Below are positions 21,402 to 30,873 of a stretch of 41,562 nucleotides of DNA, one piece after another. Source of the DNA: a virus; IMG/VR virus record IMGVR_UViG_3300035156_000123, positions 1-41,562 of that record; one strand, given 5' to 3'. Position numbers and translations under genes: made by a program. Under the pieces are notes generated by a model. The model saw only the letters and a list, made by a program, of their open reading frames with translations. It made no database searches and was not told where the DNA came from. Numbering within the stretch: the stretch's first letter is position 1; each line of letters opens with the position of its first letter.

Positions 21402-23572
21402 TGCCGAAAATGAAGGACGCCGACCTTCGCGAGCTTGTTATCAAGCGGAGAGACGCGTCCTTCAAATACGTCAGCAGCGAGCTATCGTCCGCCAGGCGTG
21501 AGGCTTTGCGCTTCTATCGCGGCGACAACATGGACCTGTACGGCGATAGCGGCGACGGGTTGTCCACGGTCGTAAGCCGGGACACGATGGAAGCGATCGA
21601 GAGCATGCTTCCGTCGCTGATGAAGCCGTTCGTGGCGGGTGACGAGACCGTCCGTTTCGAGCCGACCGGCCCGGAGGACGAGGAACCTGCCAAGCAGGCG
21701 ACCGAATACATCAACTACCTGTTCCAGAACCATAACGACGCCTTCCGGGTGATCTACGACAGCCTGAAGGACGGGCTGCTCTATCGCTACGGCTGCGCCA
21801 AGGTCGTGATGGAAGAGGTGGAGGACAGCGCCGAGACGTATCGCAGCGTTACGCCGGAAGAGCGCATGGCTGCCGAGGCTGCTGGTGAATTGGAGATCGT
21901 CGGCGACATCGAGGAGAACGACGATGGGACGTTCAACCTGCGCGCGAAGCCCAAGGCCAAGCGCAAGATGTTCCGCGTTCACGTCATCGCCCCCGAACAG
22001 TTCATTTTTGAACAGCGCCTGTCCTCGCTGGCCGATGCCACGTTTCTCGCCCACCATGACGAACGGGTGGTTGGCGATCTGATCGCAATGGGCCTGCCGA
22101 AAGCCAAGGTCGAGAAGCTGCAAGCCGGCATGCCCGACACGCTGGAAGACGACGAGCGGCACCGGTACGACAGTGAGCGCGAGAATCTGGACGACGCCGA
22201 TCCCGCCCGCAAGGTATGGGTCGATGAGTGCTATATCCGCTGCGACTATGAGGGCGACGGAACCCTTAGCTGGCGCAAGGTGGTTATCGCCGGGAACGAC
22301 AACACGCTGTTGCTGAACGAGGAGGCGGACGACCATCCTTTCGAGGGCTGGACGCCGATCCCCGAGCCGCACAAGCTGGTCGGGCAGTCGATCGCCGATC
22401 TGACCCGCGATATTCAGATGCAGAAGACCGCGCTCAAGCGTGAGACGCAGAACGCGGCTTATCTGGCGAACCGCCCGATGCGGGAAGCGGTCGAGGGGCA
22501 GGTCAACCTTGATGATTTGCTGAACCCAACGGTCGGCGGCGTGGTTCGGGTGAAGCAGGTTGGCATGATCCGCGAATTGCCATCAGGCGGCGCGAACGTG
22601 ATCGACCAGGCAATGCAGCTCATCGAAAGTCTCGATGCTGACCGCGAGGCACGGACGGGCGTCACCCGGTACAATCAGGGCATGGACGCCAATAGCCTGA
22701 ACAAGACGGCGACGGGCGTCTCGATCATCTCGAATGCGTCGATGCAGCGGCAGGAACTGGTCGCGCGCCAGTATGCCGAGAGCTTTCTGAAGCCGGTATT
22801 TCTCAAGATGCTGGGATTGGTCAGCCGCCATCAGGACAAGGCACAGGTCATTCGCCTTCGCGGCAAGTGGGTCGAGATGGACCCGAGCGAGTGGAAGACC
22901 GGATACGACATGTCTGTTTCTGTCGGGCTTGGCACCGGCAACAAGGATCAGGTTATGGCGCACCTTCAGGCGCTTCTGGCGGTGCAGCAGCAGATCGCAG
23001 AGGGGCAGGGTGGTCCGAACGGGCCGCTGGTGACGTGGGAGAATATTTACGAGGTCGCCAAGCAGCTTCCGGCCACGATGGGCCTGAAGGGCAACGATCG
23101 CTTCTTCACCGACCCCGCGCCGGACGAAGGCGAACAGGGTGGCGAGCAACAGCCCCAGCAGCCCGATCCGGCAGCAACGCAGGCACAGGCCGCGCAACAG
23201 GCCCAAGCGCAGGCTGAGCAGGAGAAGCACGCAGCCGAACTGGCGCAGAAGCATGATACCGCAGTCGAGGTGGCGAACATCGACGCAGACGCCAAGGTTC
23301 GAATTGCGAGCATTGGAGCTGTCAAAGAATTGGTCGTAGCCGGGCTTAGTGTCGAGGAGGCGGGGGCAATCGTAGAGTCTGCCCCAGACGTGTTCGCCGG
23401 CGCTACTTCAGATTCTGAACAAGGGCAGCAGCCGGTGCCGATGGATGCCCCGGAAATGGCGCCAGAGCAGGCACTGGACGTTGATCCGGAACTTCTGGCG
23501 GCAATGGTGGCCCAAGAGCAGGGGATGGCCCCTGACGACGGCTCACAGCCTGAAATGGACATGCCGCTATGA
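21401..23572 (+). CDS. Portal protein with an acidic Q/A/E-rich C-terminal extension
   Basis: 723 aa in the position after terL. The N-terminal pattern REALRFYRGDNMDLYG...VVSRDTMEAIESMLPSLMKPF is typical of podovirus-type portals. Confidence 0.85.
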   Translation: MPKMKDADLRELVIKRRDASFKYVSSELSSARREALRFYRGDNMDLYGDSGDGLSTVVSRDTMEAIESMLPSLMKPFVAGDETVRFEPTGPEDEEPAKQATEYINYLFQNHNDAFRVIYDSLKDGLLYRYGCAKVVMEEVEDSAETYRSVTPEERMAAEAAGELEIVGDIEENDDGTFNLRAKPKAKRKMFRVHVIAPEQFIFEQRLSSLADATFLAHHDERVVGDLIAMGLPKAKVEKLQAGMPDTLEDDERHRYDSERENLDDADPARKVWVDECYIRCDYEGDGTLSWRKVVIAGNDNTLLLNEEADDHPFEGWTPIPEPHKLVGQSIADLTRDIQMQKTALKRETQNAAYLANRPMREAVEGQVNLDDLLNPTVGGVVRVKQVGMIRELPSGGANVIDQAMQLIESLDADREARTGVTRYNQGMDANSLNKTATGVSIISNASMQRQELVARQYAESFLKPVFLKMLGLVSRHQDKAQVIRLRGKWVEMDPSEWKTGYDMSVSVGLGTGNKDQVMAHLQALLAVQQQIAEGQGGPNGPLVTWENIYEVAKQLPATMGLKGNDRFFTDPAPDEGEQGGEQQPQQPDPAATQAQAAQQAQAQAEQEKHAAELAQKHDTAVEVANIDADAKVRIASIGAVKELVVAGLSVEEAGAIVESAPDVFAGATSDSEQGQQPVPMDAPEMAPEQALDVDPELLAAMVAQEQGMAPDDGSQPEMDMPL

Positions 23573-23814
23573 GCGACAGCGAAGCCCGCGCCCGTGACGC
23601 AAGCCAGCTTCTCGATAACCCCGTGTTCAACGAGGCGATTGACACGCTGAAAGAGCGCGCAATTGCCTCATGGCTGGCGTGCAAAGATCCTGTGGAGCGC
23701 GAGCGCCTGTGGATGTGGACGAACCAGGCCATCGCACTGCGCGGCTATTTTCAATCGATCGTGGACAACGCGCGGCTTGATGCTTCGCGGGTCGCGAAAA
23801 GCCCCCTTCCGTAA
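23569..23814 (+). CDS. Small conserved head-module protein
   Basis: 81 aa with an ATGA overlap to the portal stop. Confidence 0.6.
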   Translation: MSDSEARARDASQLLDNPVFNEAIDTLKERAIASWLACKDPVERERLWMWTNQAIALRGYFQSIVDNARLDASRVAKSPLP

Positions 23815-23835
23815 CCCCAAACAGGGAATTTCAAC

Positions 23836-24843
23836 ATGGATACTGCGGCCACCCCGGAAACGGGAGCCGTTGGCGCGCCTGCGTCGATGGACAGCGTACT
23901 CGCTGAATTCGAAACGGGCACGTCCCCTCCCGAGGACGTAGCGGCGGAAGTCGTTCGGGAATTGGACGCAGAAGCCGAAGAAGGCCAAGCCGCTGAGGCA
24001 GCCGACGACGGGGAAGCGACCGACGCAAGCGAAGACGGTGAGGACGACCAGCCCAACCCCGACGAGCCTACGGAAGATACCGGCACTGATCTGGATATGG
24101 ATCGCGTCGTCACGGTGAAGATCGATGGCGAAGACGTGCAGGTGCCACTTTCGGAGGCGCTGAAGGGCTACAGCCGGGAAGCCGACTACACCAAGAAAAC
24201 GCAGGCGCTGGCGGAAGAACGGAAGTCTTTAGAGACGACCCTAACCGCGAAGTACGCAGATAACCTGAAGCAGGCGACTGACCTGTTCATGCAGACCGAC
24301 CCCATCCTTGCCGAGGCGAGCCAGATCGACTGGAACGCCCTCGCGCAAGCGGACCCATCCACCTATACCCAATTGCGCGCGGCCGTGGATCAACGGCTTG
24401 GCGTGATCGGACAGGCACAGGCTGAGTTGCAACGCGTCACGCAGGAAACTGCCCGCGCCGAGCAGGAACGGAATGCCGAACAATCCCGTGCCGAAGCCGA
24501 CGCACTGATCAAGGCGCTGCCTGATCTCGCCGATGCTTCCAAAATGACTGAGTTCGCCAAATCGACCGTCGATTATCTCCGGGGTTCTGGTTTCCAGGAC
24601 GCAGAGATCGCCGACCTGATCGATCACAAGGCGCTCCTCATCGTGGACAAGGCGGCAAAGTGGGATGCCCAGCAGAAGGCGAAAGCCCAACTGCCGGCCC
24701 GCAAGGTCGTCCCCGTGTCGCAAGTCAAATCGCTGCGCACGGACGGCTCTTCAGGTTCTCAACCCCCTCGCAAGCGCCTCTCGCCGAACGCCTCGCGCGA
24801 ACAGCGGGTGGAGCACGTCGTAAACGAATTCTTCAAGGACTGA
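23836..24843 (+). CDS. Scaffolding protein
   Basis: 335 aa with a very acidic N-terminus followed by coiled-coil-like A/E/Q/K-rich sequence. It lies between the portal and the capsid gene. Confidence 0.7.
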   Translation: MDTAATPETGAVGAPASMDSVLAEFETGTSPPEDVAAEVVRELDAEAEEGQAAEAADDGEATDASEDGEDDQPNPDEPTEDTGTDLDMDRVVTVKIDGEDVQVPLSEALKGYSREADYTKKTQALAEERKSLETTLTAKYADNLKQATDLFMQTDPILAEASQIDWNALAQADPSTYTQLRAAVDQRLGVIGQAQAELQRVTQETARAEQERNAEQSRAEADALIKALPDLADASKMTEFAKSTVDYLRGSGFQDAEIADLIDHKALLIVDKAAKWDAQQKAKAQLPARKVVPVSQVKSLRTDGSSGSQPPRKRLSPNASREQRVEHVVNEFFKD

Positions 24844-24847
24844 AGCA

Positions 24848-25795
24848 ATGGCTGCACCTACAAATACCCTGCTGACCTTCTCTGCGGTCGGCAATCGCGA
24901 AGACCTGCTCGACAAGATCTTCAACATCTCGCCGGTCGATACCCCGTTCTTCTCGATGATCGAATCGTCCAAGGCGACGGCGACCTATCACGAATGGCAG
25001 ACCGAGGTTCTGAACGCCGCTGCGCAGAACGCGCAGATCCAGGGCGACGACGTGACGTTCGGTTCGCCGATCATCACGACCCGCGTCGGCAACCGCACGC
25101 AGATCATGCGCAAGGAAGTCATCATCTCGGGCACGCAGGAAGCGGTCGATAAGGCCGGCCGCAACTCCGAAATGGTCCGCCAGATGGCGAACAAGCGCAA
25201 GGAACTGTACCGCGACCGTGAGTTCGTGTTGCTGTCCAACCAGGCGCCTGTCACCGGCAACTCGGCGACTGCCCCGCAGCTTCGCCCGACGCTCGGCTGG
25301 TATTCGACCAACGTCAACATGGGCTCGGGCGGCGCGAACGGTACGACCACCACGGCTCGCACCGATGGCACCCAGCGCACGCTGACCGAGGCGATGTTTG
25401 CTTCGGGCATTCAGTCGGCGTGGACCAACGGCGGCAAGCCCTCGATGGTCGTTACCGGCCCCAAGCAGCGTACCGTGATCGACGGCTTCAATGGCGGTGC
25501 CACGAAGTTCTACTCGATCGAGGACAAGAAGCTGGCCGCGACCATTCAGGTGTACGAAGGCTCCTTCGGCACCGTCAAGATGGTGCTGGATCGCTTCGTT
25601 CGCGGTGGTCAGACGGGCGCCGATCGTGAAATCCAGTTCGTTGATCCGGATCTGTGGGCGTTCGCCACGCTGCGTCCGTTCCAGGCGCTGGACATTGCGA
25701 AGACCGGTGACAGTGAGAAGGGAGTTATCCTCTTCGAAGGCACGCTGGAAGCGCGGCAGGAAGCGGGCAACGCGCTCGTCGCCGATCTCACCTGA
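24848..25795 (+). CDS. Major capsid protein (HK97-fold, SU10/DUF5309-like family)
   Basis: SAVGNREDLLDKIFNISPVDTPFFSMI...ATATYHEWQTEVL is the signature I recall for this capsid family. A strong terminator follows. Confidence 0.85.
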   Translation: MAAPTNTLLTFSAVGNREDLLDKIFNISPVDTPFFSMIESSKATATYHEWQTEVLNAAAQNAQIQGDDVTFGSPIITTRVGNRTQIMRKEVIISGTQEAVDKAGRNSEMVRQMANKRKELYRDREFVLLSNQAPVTGNSATAPQLRPTLGWYSTNVNMGSGGANGTTTTARTDGTQRTLTEAMFASGIQSAWTNGGKPSMVVTGPKQRTVIDGFNGGATKFYSIEDKKLAATIQVYEGSFGTVKMVLDRFVRGGQTGADREIQFVDPDLWAFATLRPFQALDIAKTGDSEKGVILFEGTLEARQEAGNALVADLT

Positions 25796-25817
25796 GCGCA
25801 ACAACACGACCAATGAT

Positions 25818-25851
25818 CGGGCGGTTCCTTCGCGGGAGCCGCCCTTTTTTT
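25818..25851 (+). terminator. Intrinsic terminator after the capsid gene
   Basis: GGGCGGTTCC-TTCGCG-GGAGCCGCCC forms a 10-bp stem followed by T8. Confidence 0.8.
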
Positions 25852-25864
25852 TGAGGGGACGCCC

Positions 25865-26197
25865 ATGCGCACTCTGACGCAAGACACACAGAGCGGCGTC
25901 CGTGAGACGTTCAGCTACGACGCGGCGGACGATACCGTCGTGGTCCAGCACTCGCAGGACAATACGCGGCTGATCGACGCCATCGCCAAGGCGAACAGCG
26001 AAGGCACGAAGGAAGTGGCCGGCATGCGCCTTGTAGCGGAAGTGCCGATCGCCGATGCCATGCAGTTCTGCCAGGATCGCGGCATTCCGTGGGCCAAGTT
26101 CCTGTACGGGAAAGATTACGATAGCGAGTTCAAGCGTTTCATTCAGGAGCGCCCGAAGCTGGCTTATGAACATCGCGGGCGCCGGGTCGCGCTCTGA
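25865..26197 (+). CDS. Hypothetical virion-module protein
   Basis: 110-aa ORF, coupled to the next gene. Confidence 0.6.
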   Translation: MRTLTQDTQSGVRETFSYDAADDTVVVQHSQDNTRLIDAIAKANSEGTKEVAGMRLVAEVPIADAMQFCQDRGIPWAKFLYGKDYDSEFKRFIQERPKLAYEHRGRRVAL

Positions 26198-26793
26198 TGG
26201 CATTCGACACGCGCGCCGATCTCGTTGCAGCGGTGGCCGGATGGCTCAACCGCACCGATCTCGCAGCGCGCATCCCTGAGTTCATCCGCCTGACCGAGGC
26301 GCGGATGAATCGCCTGCTTCGTGATCCCAGCCAGATCGTCACGACGACCGTTTCCTTCACTGCGGGTTCCGGCGCGCTGCCTGTTGACTTTGGCGAGATG
26401 ATCTCGCTTGGGCAGCAGGGTAGCCGCCTGACGCAGGTCACGCCCGGCGAGTTCGGCACCTATCGCGCGCAGGCCGGTGATGCGCGGGTCTATTCGGTGA
26501 TCGGTGGCAACATCGTAATCCTGCCGGCCGGGGCATCGGCCAGCCTGAATATTGCCTACTACCGTTCGATCTCGCCGCTCATCGTGGATGGTTCGACCAA
26601 CTGGCTACTGAGTCGCGCGCCTGACATCTATCTATGGGGCTGCCTGCTCCAGGCCGAACTATATGGCTGGAACGACGAGCGCTTGCCCTTGCTCAAGACC
26701 GGGTGGGATGAGGCCATTGCGGAATTGCGGATCGATGGCGAGCAGCGCCGTTGGGGTGCTGCGCCCCTTGCCCCGAAGATTCGGCGCCGCTGA
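26197..26793 (+). CDS. Head-tail adaptor/connector candidate
   Basis: 198 aa. The N-terminus RADLVAAVAGWLNRTDLAARIPEFIRLTEARMNRLLR is a pattern recalled from phage adaptor proteins. Confidence 0.55.
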   Translation: MAFDTRADLVAAVAGWLNRTDLAARIPEFIRLTEARMNRLLRDPSQIVTTTVSFTAGSGALPVDFGEMISLGQQGSRLTQVTPGEFGTYRAQAGDARVYSVIGGNIVILPAGASASLNIAYYRSISPLIVDGSTNWLLSRAPDIYLWGCLLQAELYGWNDERLPLLKTGWDEAIAELRIDGEQRRWGAAPLAPKIRRR

Positions 26794-28229
26794 TGGCACG
26801 CTTGATCTTCGGGCCTTGGGAGCCGGATAAGCCGGGCTTCCTCACCGAGAGCGTCCAGACCGCGAACAACGTCTATGCGGCGACGAACGGCTATCGTCCG
26901 ATTCGTCAGTTCGTAGCCTTGGCGGGTGGCACCTTGCCGGCTGCTTGCGTTGGTGCAGGTTCGTTTGTCTCGCCCGTTGGAACGACCACGATCCTCGCCG
27001 GCACGCAGGCCGCGCTGTATCGCGCACGCGCAACCGAGTGGGAAGCAATCGGTACGGGGTATAGCCTGCAATCCGGATCGCGCTGGCGGTTCGCACAATA
27101 TGGCTCGCTCGCCATTGCAACGAACGGCATCGACCCGATGCTGAAGATCGACACGCAGACCAGCGACGTTGCCTTGCTGGGCGCCGGGGCGCCGGACGAA
27201 GCAGGGACGCCGCCTCGCGCGCGCATCTTGGCCGGGGTGAAAGACTTCCTCGTCGCGGCGGTGATCGATGATGACGTTCGGACGCTGGCGTGGTGCGGCA
27301 TCAACAACGCGGAATGGTGGACCTACGGGCAGAACCAGTCCGACTATCAGATCATGCCTTCGGGCGGCGAGATTACGGGCCTGTTCGGGGGCGAGGTTGG
27401 CATCGTGCTTCAGCGCAGCCGTATCAGCCGCATGACTTACGTCGGGGACAACATCGTGTTCCAGTTCGATGAGATCAGCAGCAACGTCGGCTGCATCTCG
27501 CCGCACTCGACTGCGCAGTGGGGCGGGTTGGGCTTCTTCCGTTCCGACAGCGGCTTCATGATGTGGGACGGGTCGGGTCTGCGCCCGATTGGGCAGGAGC
27601 GGGTCGATAGGCACTTCTCCAGCCGGTACAGCCGCCCCGATTACGACCGCATGAGTACCGCCATCGATCCGGCGAACAACCTCGTCGCATGGTCGATGGG
27701 TGACGCGATCTATTTCTATAATTGGGTGCTTGATCGGTGGACGATCTCGGACTTCTCGGCGTCGATCATCTTTCCGGGGTTCAGCCGCGACATCTCGCTG
27801 GACGAACTGGATGCGCTTTACGGCTCGCTAGATGCGGTCCCGGTGTCACTGGATAGCCCGATCTTCCTTGGCGGCGACCCACGGTTCTACGTGTTCAATC
27901 AGGCGAACACAGTCGGCACGTTCTCAGGCGATACGCAGGCCGGCACGGTACGCAGCACGACGTTCGAACCGGCGACTGGACGTAGCGGTCGGCTGCGGTG
28001 GACGCGCCCGATCAGCGATGCGGAAACTATCAGCGTCGGCGTGACGGCTCGCAACCGACTTGGGCAAACGGATGCCGAGACGGTGTATCCTGGCATGACG
28101 GCATCGGGCGATGTCGCGGTTCGTGAATGCGGGCGCTTCATTACGCTGGCGCTGCTCTTCGATGCGGGTTCGATCTGGACCTACGCTCAGGGGCTGGATT
28201 ACACCATCGAGCGCGGGCCTGTGCGATGA
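26793..28229 (+). CDS. Tail (nozzle/tubular-type) structural protein candidate
   Basis: The start at 26793 forms a TGATG overlap. 478 aa of repetitive beta-rich sequence (MARLIFGPWEPDKPGF...). Confidence 0.55.
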   Translation: MARLIFGPWEPDKPGFLTESVQTANNVYAATNGYRPIRQFVALAGGTLPAACVGAGSFVSPVGTTTILAGTQAALYRARATEWEAIGTGYSLQSGSRWRFAQYGSLAIATNGIDPMLKIDTQTSDVALLGAGAPDEAGTPPRARILAGVKDFLVAAVIDDDVRTLAWCGINNAEWWTYGQNQSDYQIMPSGGEITGLFGGEVGIVLQRSRISRMTYVGDNIVFQFDEISSNVGCISPHSTAQWGGLGFFRSDSGFMMWDGSGLRPIGQERVDRHFSSRYSRPDYDRMSTAIDPANNLVAWSMGDAIYFYNWVLDRWTISDFSASIIFPGFSRDISLDELDALYGSLDAVPVSLDSPIFLGGDPRFYVFNQANTVGTFSGDTQAGTVRSTTFEPATGRSGRLRWTRPISDAETISVGVTARNRLGQTDAETVYPGMTASGDVAVRECGRFITLALLFDAGSIWTYAQGLDYTIERGPVR

Positions 28230-28717
28230 CGGCGGCGGTCTACTGGTTCATCTGCGCACGAGAGGCTTACCCCTCTGCACTGCCGACCGTTGCTTCATCG
28301 CAAAACGACTTCAACCGCAAGGTCGCGAATTCGATCGCGGGGGTGCGCAAGAGCCGACACGGGATCGGGGATTTGCTCGCGAGGCCAAACGCGAACGCGA
28401 TCACGGATCACCTTCTGTGCGACGGATCGCCAATTCTGCGAACCAGCTACCCGCAATTGTTCGAGGAGATCGGAACCGAGTGGGGGGCGGGCGACGGGGT
28501 AGCGACGTTCAACCTGCCGAACCTGACGACCGCAGCGCTGCCCCTGCCGGCAACAGTGCCGCCACAAGTCATCGGCGACGGCGGGACGGTATCGACGGGC
28601 GGGACGGTCAGTAATCCAACCTCTCCGGGGCAAACGGGCGGAACGTCGGGCGGCAATGTCGGAACGGGCGGGCGTCCTCTTCTCGCCCCGGTGTACGACG
28701 GTCTGCCATTTGAATGA
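28226..28717 (+). CDS. Phage tail-collar domain protein (short fibre)
   Basis: The start at 28226 forms an ATGA overlap. DHLLCDGSPILRTSYPQLFEEIGTEWGAGDGVATFNLPNL is the tail-collar motif. Confidence 0.75.
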   Translation: MTAAVYWFICAREAYPSALPTVASSQNDFNRKVANSIAGVRKSRHGIGDLLARPNANAITDHLLCDGSPILRTSYPQLFEEIGTEWGAGDGVATFNLPNLTTAALPLPATVPPQVIGDGGTVSTGGTVSNPTSPGQTGGTSGGNVGTGGRPLLAPVYDGLPFE

Positions 28718-29067
28718 TCTACGCAGACTGGCGCTCCGCATTCTCAGCCGTGTTGGACCCTAGGCTCTACACTATCGAATGGCTGGATCGTCAGATTGCA
28801 ACCGGCGCCGCGCATTTCATGGCGTCGGACAACGCCGCGATCATCACCGAATTTCGCCAATACCCAACCGGCGCGAAGGACATCCACGGCCTGATCGCGG
28901 CGGGTGATCTGGAGGAAATCGTGCACATCCTGATCCCGGCAGCCGAACACCTCGCGGTGCAAACCGGCTGCGTCGGGGCCATCATCGAAAGCCGGGCGGG
29001 GTGGGGCAAAGTCCTCCAGCAGAGTGGCTATCAGCCGTATCAAATCGCACTGCGTAAGGAATTCTAG
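28714..29067 (+). CDS. Small protein with a GNAT-like C-terminal pattern (weak)
   Basis: 117 aa. AAGDLEEIV.LIPAAEHLAVQTGCVGAIIESRAGWGKVLQQSGY resembles the AcCoA-binding half of small acetyltransferases. Confidence 0.5.
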   Translation: MIYADWRSAFSAVLDPRLYTIEWLDRQIATGAAHFMASDNAAIITEFRQYPTGAKDIHGLIAAGDLEEIVHILIPAAEHLAVQTGCVGAIIESRAGWGKVLQQSGYQPYQIALRKEF

Positions 29068-29068
29068 G

Positions 29069-29683
29069 ATGGGGCTGTCTTCGTCAAAATCGACCAGCAA
29101 GACAAACGAGACGGCAACGGTAGCGCCAAGCTCGGTATATCAGCCGTACATCAATAACGCCGCTGATCAGCTACTGCCGGGGTTCAATGCGGCGACCGCG
29201 AACAACGCATCCTTGATGCCCCGCGTGAACGGTGCGCTGGACTATTCGCAGAGCGTGCTGAACGGGGACTACCTTAAGGGCAACCCGTATCTGGACGGCG
29301 TGGTCAGCAAGAGCAATGCCGACATCACAACGGGCGTGGACAGCCGGTTTTCGTCGGCGGGGCGGTACGGGTCGGGCATGCACGCCGGAATTCTCGCGCG
29401 CTCGCTGGCAGATAACGAAAACCAGCTTCGGTATCAGAATTACGCGACTGAGCGCGGCTATCAGAACGCGGCGCCGGGGCAGATCGCTGGCCTTACGGGT
29501 GTGTCTGCTGCGCTTCCGCAAGCCGCATCGGGCACATATGCCGACCAGATCAACGCGCTGCTCGGCAAATATACGACGGGCACGAGCGACGGGACGAACG
29601 TGACGAAATCAAGCCCGAGCATCCTGTCCATGCTCATCCAGGCGGGTAACAACGCTGCCAAGGCGGCGGCGGGAGGCGGTTGA
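29069..29683 (+). CDS. Internal virion protein candidate
   Basis: I used the internal ATG at 29069, preceded by AAGGA. 204 aa, N/S/G/A-rich. Confidence 0.55.
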   Translation: MGLSSSKSTSKTNETATVAPSSVYQPYINNAADQLLPGFNAATANNASLMPRVNGALDYSQSVLNGDYLKGNPYLDGVVSKSNADITTGVDSRFSSAGRYGSGMHAGILARSLADNENQLRYQNYATERGYQNAAPGQIAGLTGVSAALPQAASGTYADQINALLGKYTTGTSDGTNVTKSSPSILSMLIQAGNNAAKAAAGGG

Positions 29684-30333
29684 TGATTGGATCGTTTGGC
29701 AAACCACGCGCTAAGTCGCCTTACGCTATTGATGAGAGCGGTGCATTGCCTCAGGTTGGCGAATATCTCCCCCAGCAAGGCCCGCTCGCAGCCGAGGTCG
29801 CGAAGAAGCCGGGGTTTTTCGAAGGTGGCGGGCTGGGTCAGTCCATCCTGAATTTTGCTCTGGAGGCGGCAACAGGGGTCCCCAGCGCCGCGCACCGTGA
29901 GCAAGCCGAGACGCGCAAGATGAGCATCTTGCAGCGGCATTTGGCGATGACCCAAGCCGCTGAGCAGGCGACCGCTGATCGAACTCGTTCGGCAAACAAC
30001 CAAGACTTTTATGCCCACGAGGACTACAAGCGGAACAACCCGATGCCCGCTGCCGTACCTGCTGCGGTAGAGATCGCGCGCCAAGCCGGACTTATGCCGG
30101 GCACCCCGCAATGGACAGCGGCACTGACGGCAGCGATCCCCGGCTACAGCTACACCGCACCCGTCATGCAGGCAAAGACGCAGGCGCAGATCACGGTCGC
30201 GGATCGGCGCGCTGCGAACTCCGCATCTCTGAAGTCGCAGCCGACCTATGCGCAGAGCAATCCTCGCCCAACAGGCGGCGGACGCGGCGGCAGCAAGCCC
30301 GCAAAACTTCCCACTGGCTTCATTCTGGATTGA
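29680..30333 (+). CDS. Internal virion protein candidate
   Basis: 217 aa, translationally coupled (TGATG). Confidence 0.55.
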   Translation: MMIGSFGKPRAKSPYAIDESGALPQVGEYLPQQGPLAAEVAKKPGFFEGGGLGQSILNFALEAATGVPSAAHREQAETRKMSILQRHLAMTQAAEQATADRTRSANNQDFYAHEDYKRNNPMPAAVPAAVEIARQAGLMPGTPQWTAALTAAIPGYSYTAPVMQAKTQAQITVADRRAANSASLKSQPTYAQSNPRPTGGGRGGSKPAKLPTGFILD

Positions 30334-30339
30334 TCGCCC

Positions 30340-30873
30340 ATGCCTGATATTCAAGAAGGCCAGACGGCCACGAACCCGAAGACCGGCCAGAAGATCGTCT
30401 ATAAGGGCGGGCAATGGCACTCGGCTGCGGCTGATCCATCGGCACCGGCCCCGGCGCCAAGGTTGAGCGCCGCAGAGAGTAAGGCGCAGGTCGCACTGTC
30501 CGCCAAACTGCGCGGTGCCATGAGCGTGGAACGCCAACTCCGTGACATCCGATCGCAATACGACAAGAACTTCAAAGGCGTCGGGCCTGCGTCGTTGCTG
30601 GAATACCTTCCCACCCAGCAGCGCAAACAATTCGATGCGACTGCGAACGGGATGCGCCCCTTGCTGAAGCCCTTGGTTCGTGATCCAGGCGAAGGCGCCT
30701 TCACCGATGCGGATCAAGCCTTGCTGGACTCTCTCATTCCTGACGGTGGGAAGATGGATAGCGAGAACGAGCAGCGTTTCCGCAACATCGAGGGCATGAT
30801 CAGCGATGCTCGCCGCAATGCCGTCAAAGCACCCCCAGCGGGTCGCATGGGCCAGTTCAAGGTGATCCGATGA
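30340..30873 (+). CDS. Hypothetical virion-module protein
   Basis: 177-aa ORF with an ATGA overlap to the next gene. Confidence 0.55.
   Translation: MPDIQEGQTATNPKTGQKIVYKGGQWHSAAADPSAPAPAPRLSAAESKAQVALSAKLRGAMSVERQLRDIRSQYDKNFKGVGPASLLEYLPTQQRKQFDATANGMRPLLKPLVRDPGEGAFTDADQALLDSLIPDGGKMDSENEQRFRNIEGMISDARRNAVKAPPAGRMGQFKVIR

Noticed and set aside
21482-22372. 296-aa minus-strand ORF inside the portal gene. Similar antisense or alternate-frame ORFs occur in terL (19887..20606), the recombination genes (4078..4806, 4803..5636), 3091..4017, and the tail genes (26628..27614, 29461..30717, 34086..35069).
   Set aside because: All of them overlap genes with better coding evidence and show the Arg/Pro/Gly-rich composition of off-frame GC-rich sequence.
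24833-26203. 456-aa minus-strand ORF antisense to the major capsid gene
   Set aside because: The capsid frame has a clear family signature and a terminator in the plus orientation. The antisense translation is Arg/Gly/Leu-rich junk.
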